64,000 bases of DNA from Nitrospirales bacterium. Its GTDB lineage: Bacteria > Nitrospirota > Nitrospiria > Nitrospirales > UBA8639. How positions within the stretch are numbered: the stretch's first letter is position 1; each line of letters starts with the position of its first letter. Below the pieces are notes generated by a model that worked only from the letters and a program-made list of their open reading frames with translations, did not search any database and was not told the DNA's origin. Where the stretch lies: assembly GCA_965203295.1 (NCBI GenBank), contig CBDBCZ010000014.1, forward strand, positions 608,001 through 672,000, read 5' to 3'. Made by a program: the position numbers and the translations under genes. Positions 63,524-64,000 of the stretch are shown one piece after another.

Positions 63524-64000
63524 TAAAGAGTATGCTTCTTAAAGGACGGAAAGCTGGAACCATTCCCGCCCCAGACGATCCGAGCAGGAACGCCCATCAG
63601 AAGTGAGAATGTGGGCGTTTACTGTTCATGCTGGCTGCCAGACAATGGAGAAGAACGCATGTGCAGCAAGTGTGGAAAATGGTTTCACGAATCCTGTGCA
63701 AAAATACCAGAAGCTGTATTTAAGCAGTAATGGTTTTGCACACCCGTCATGCGTACCAGCACTGTAACATAAGTTTTCTGTATACAACATGTACACTTTA
63801 TTCATGCACATCGCATTATGAGTCAACAGTCAGCAAAACATGAAGAGTAGAGACTTCCTGAGCGCTGGATAACCCAGCAGGCTACTACACTAGTATGGAG
63901 TCACGAATTTGGCAGCCAGTACCCTGCGCTTACATTAGTCTTTCCCAGCCCGCAAGGAAAGCGGGGGTAAGCCCTGATTGTGGCCTGGGAACGTTTGAAC
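63524..64000 (+). repeat. Start of amplicon arm copy 4 (direct copy of 7869 onward, runs off the window)
   Basis: ORF 7971..8171 recurs at 63626..63826, with the same junction sequence CTTCTCGTTAAAGAGTATG. Confidence 0.93.

Noticed and set aside
1..64000. Palindromes as pure assembly or chimeric-read artefacts
   Set aside because: The arms differ by SNPs, indels and several TE insertions with proper TSDs or empty sites. Fold-back artefacts would be identical. Read-level confirmation is still needed.

Overview
Eukaryotic (metazoan) DNA with spliceosomal introns. The repeat style suggests an invertebrate such as a demosponge, but this is inference only. Almost the whole window is an alternating inverted-repeat amplicon. 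A ~21 kb unit runs minus (1-5593, partial), plus (7869/10675-31377), minus (40670-61246) and plus again (63524-end). This gives two giant palindrome centres and a ~54-56 kb direct higher-order period. Each unit carries a degenerate CEP78 gene, a CDC50/TMEM30 gene with a U12-type intron and copy-specific inactivating lesions, a tRNA-like Pol III unit and a complex ~220-350 bp satellite. The only clearly intact long ORF is a young BEL/Pao LTR retrotransposon (32948-39064) in the larger palindrome spacer. The arms differ by recent insertions of Kolobok-like, Helitron/Helentron-like and P-like elements, so they are real paralogous copies. The two ends of one Ginger-like transposon, each with the same CCGT target duplication, now lie at the two different palindrome centres. 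All coordinates and counts were read by eye.
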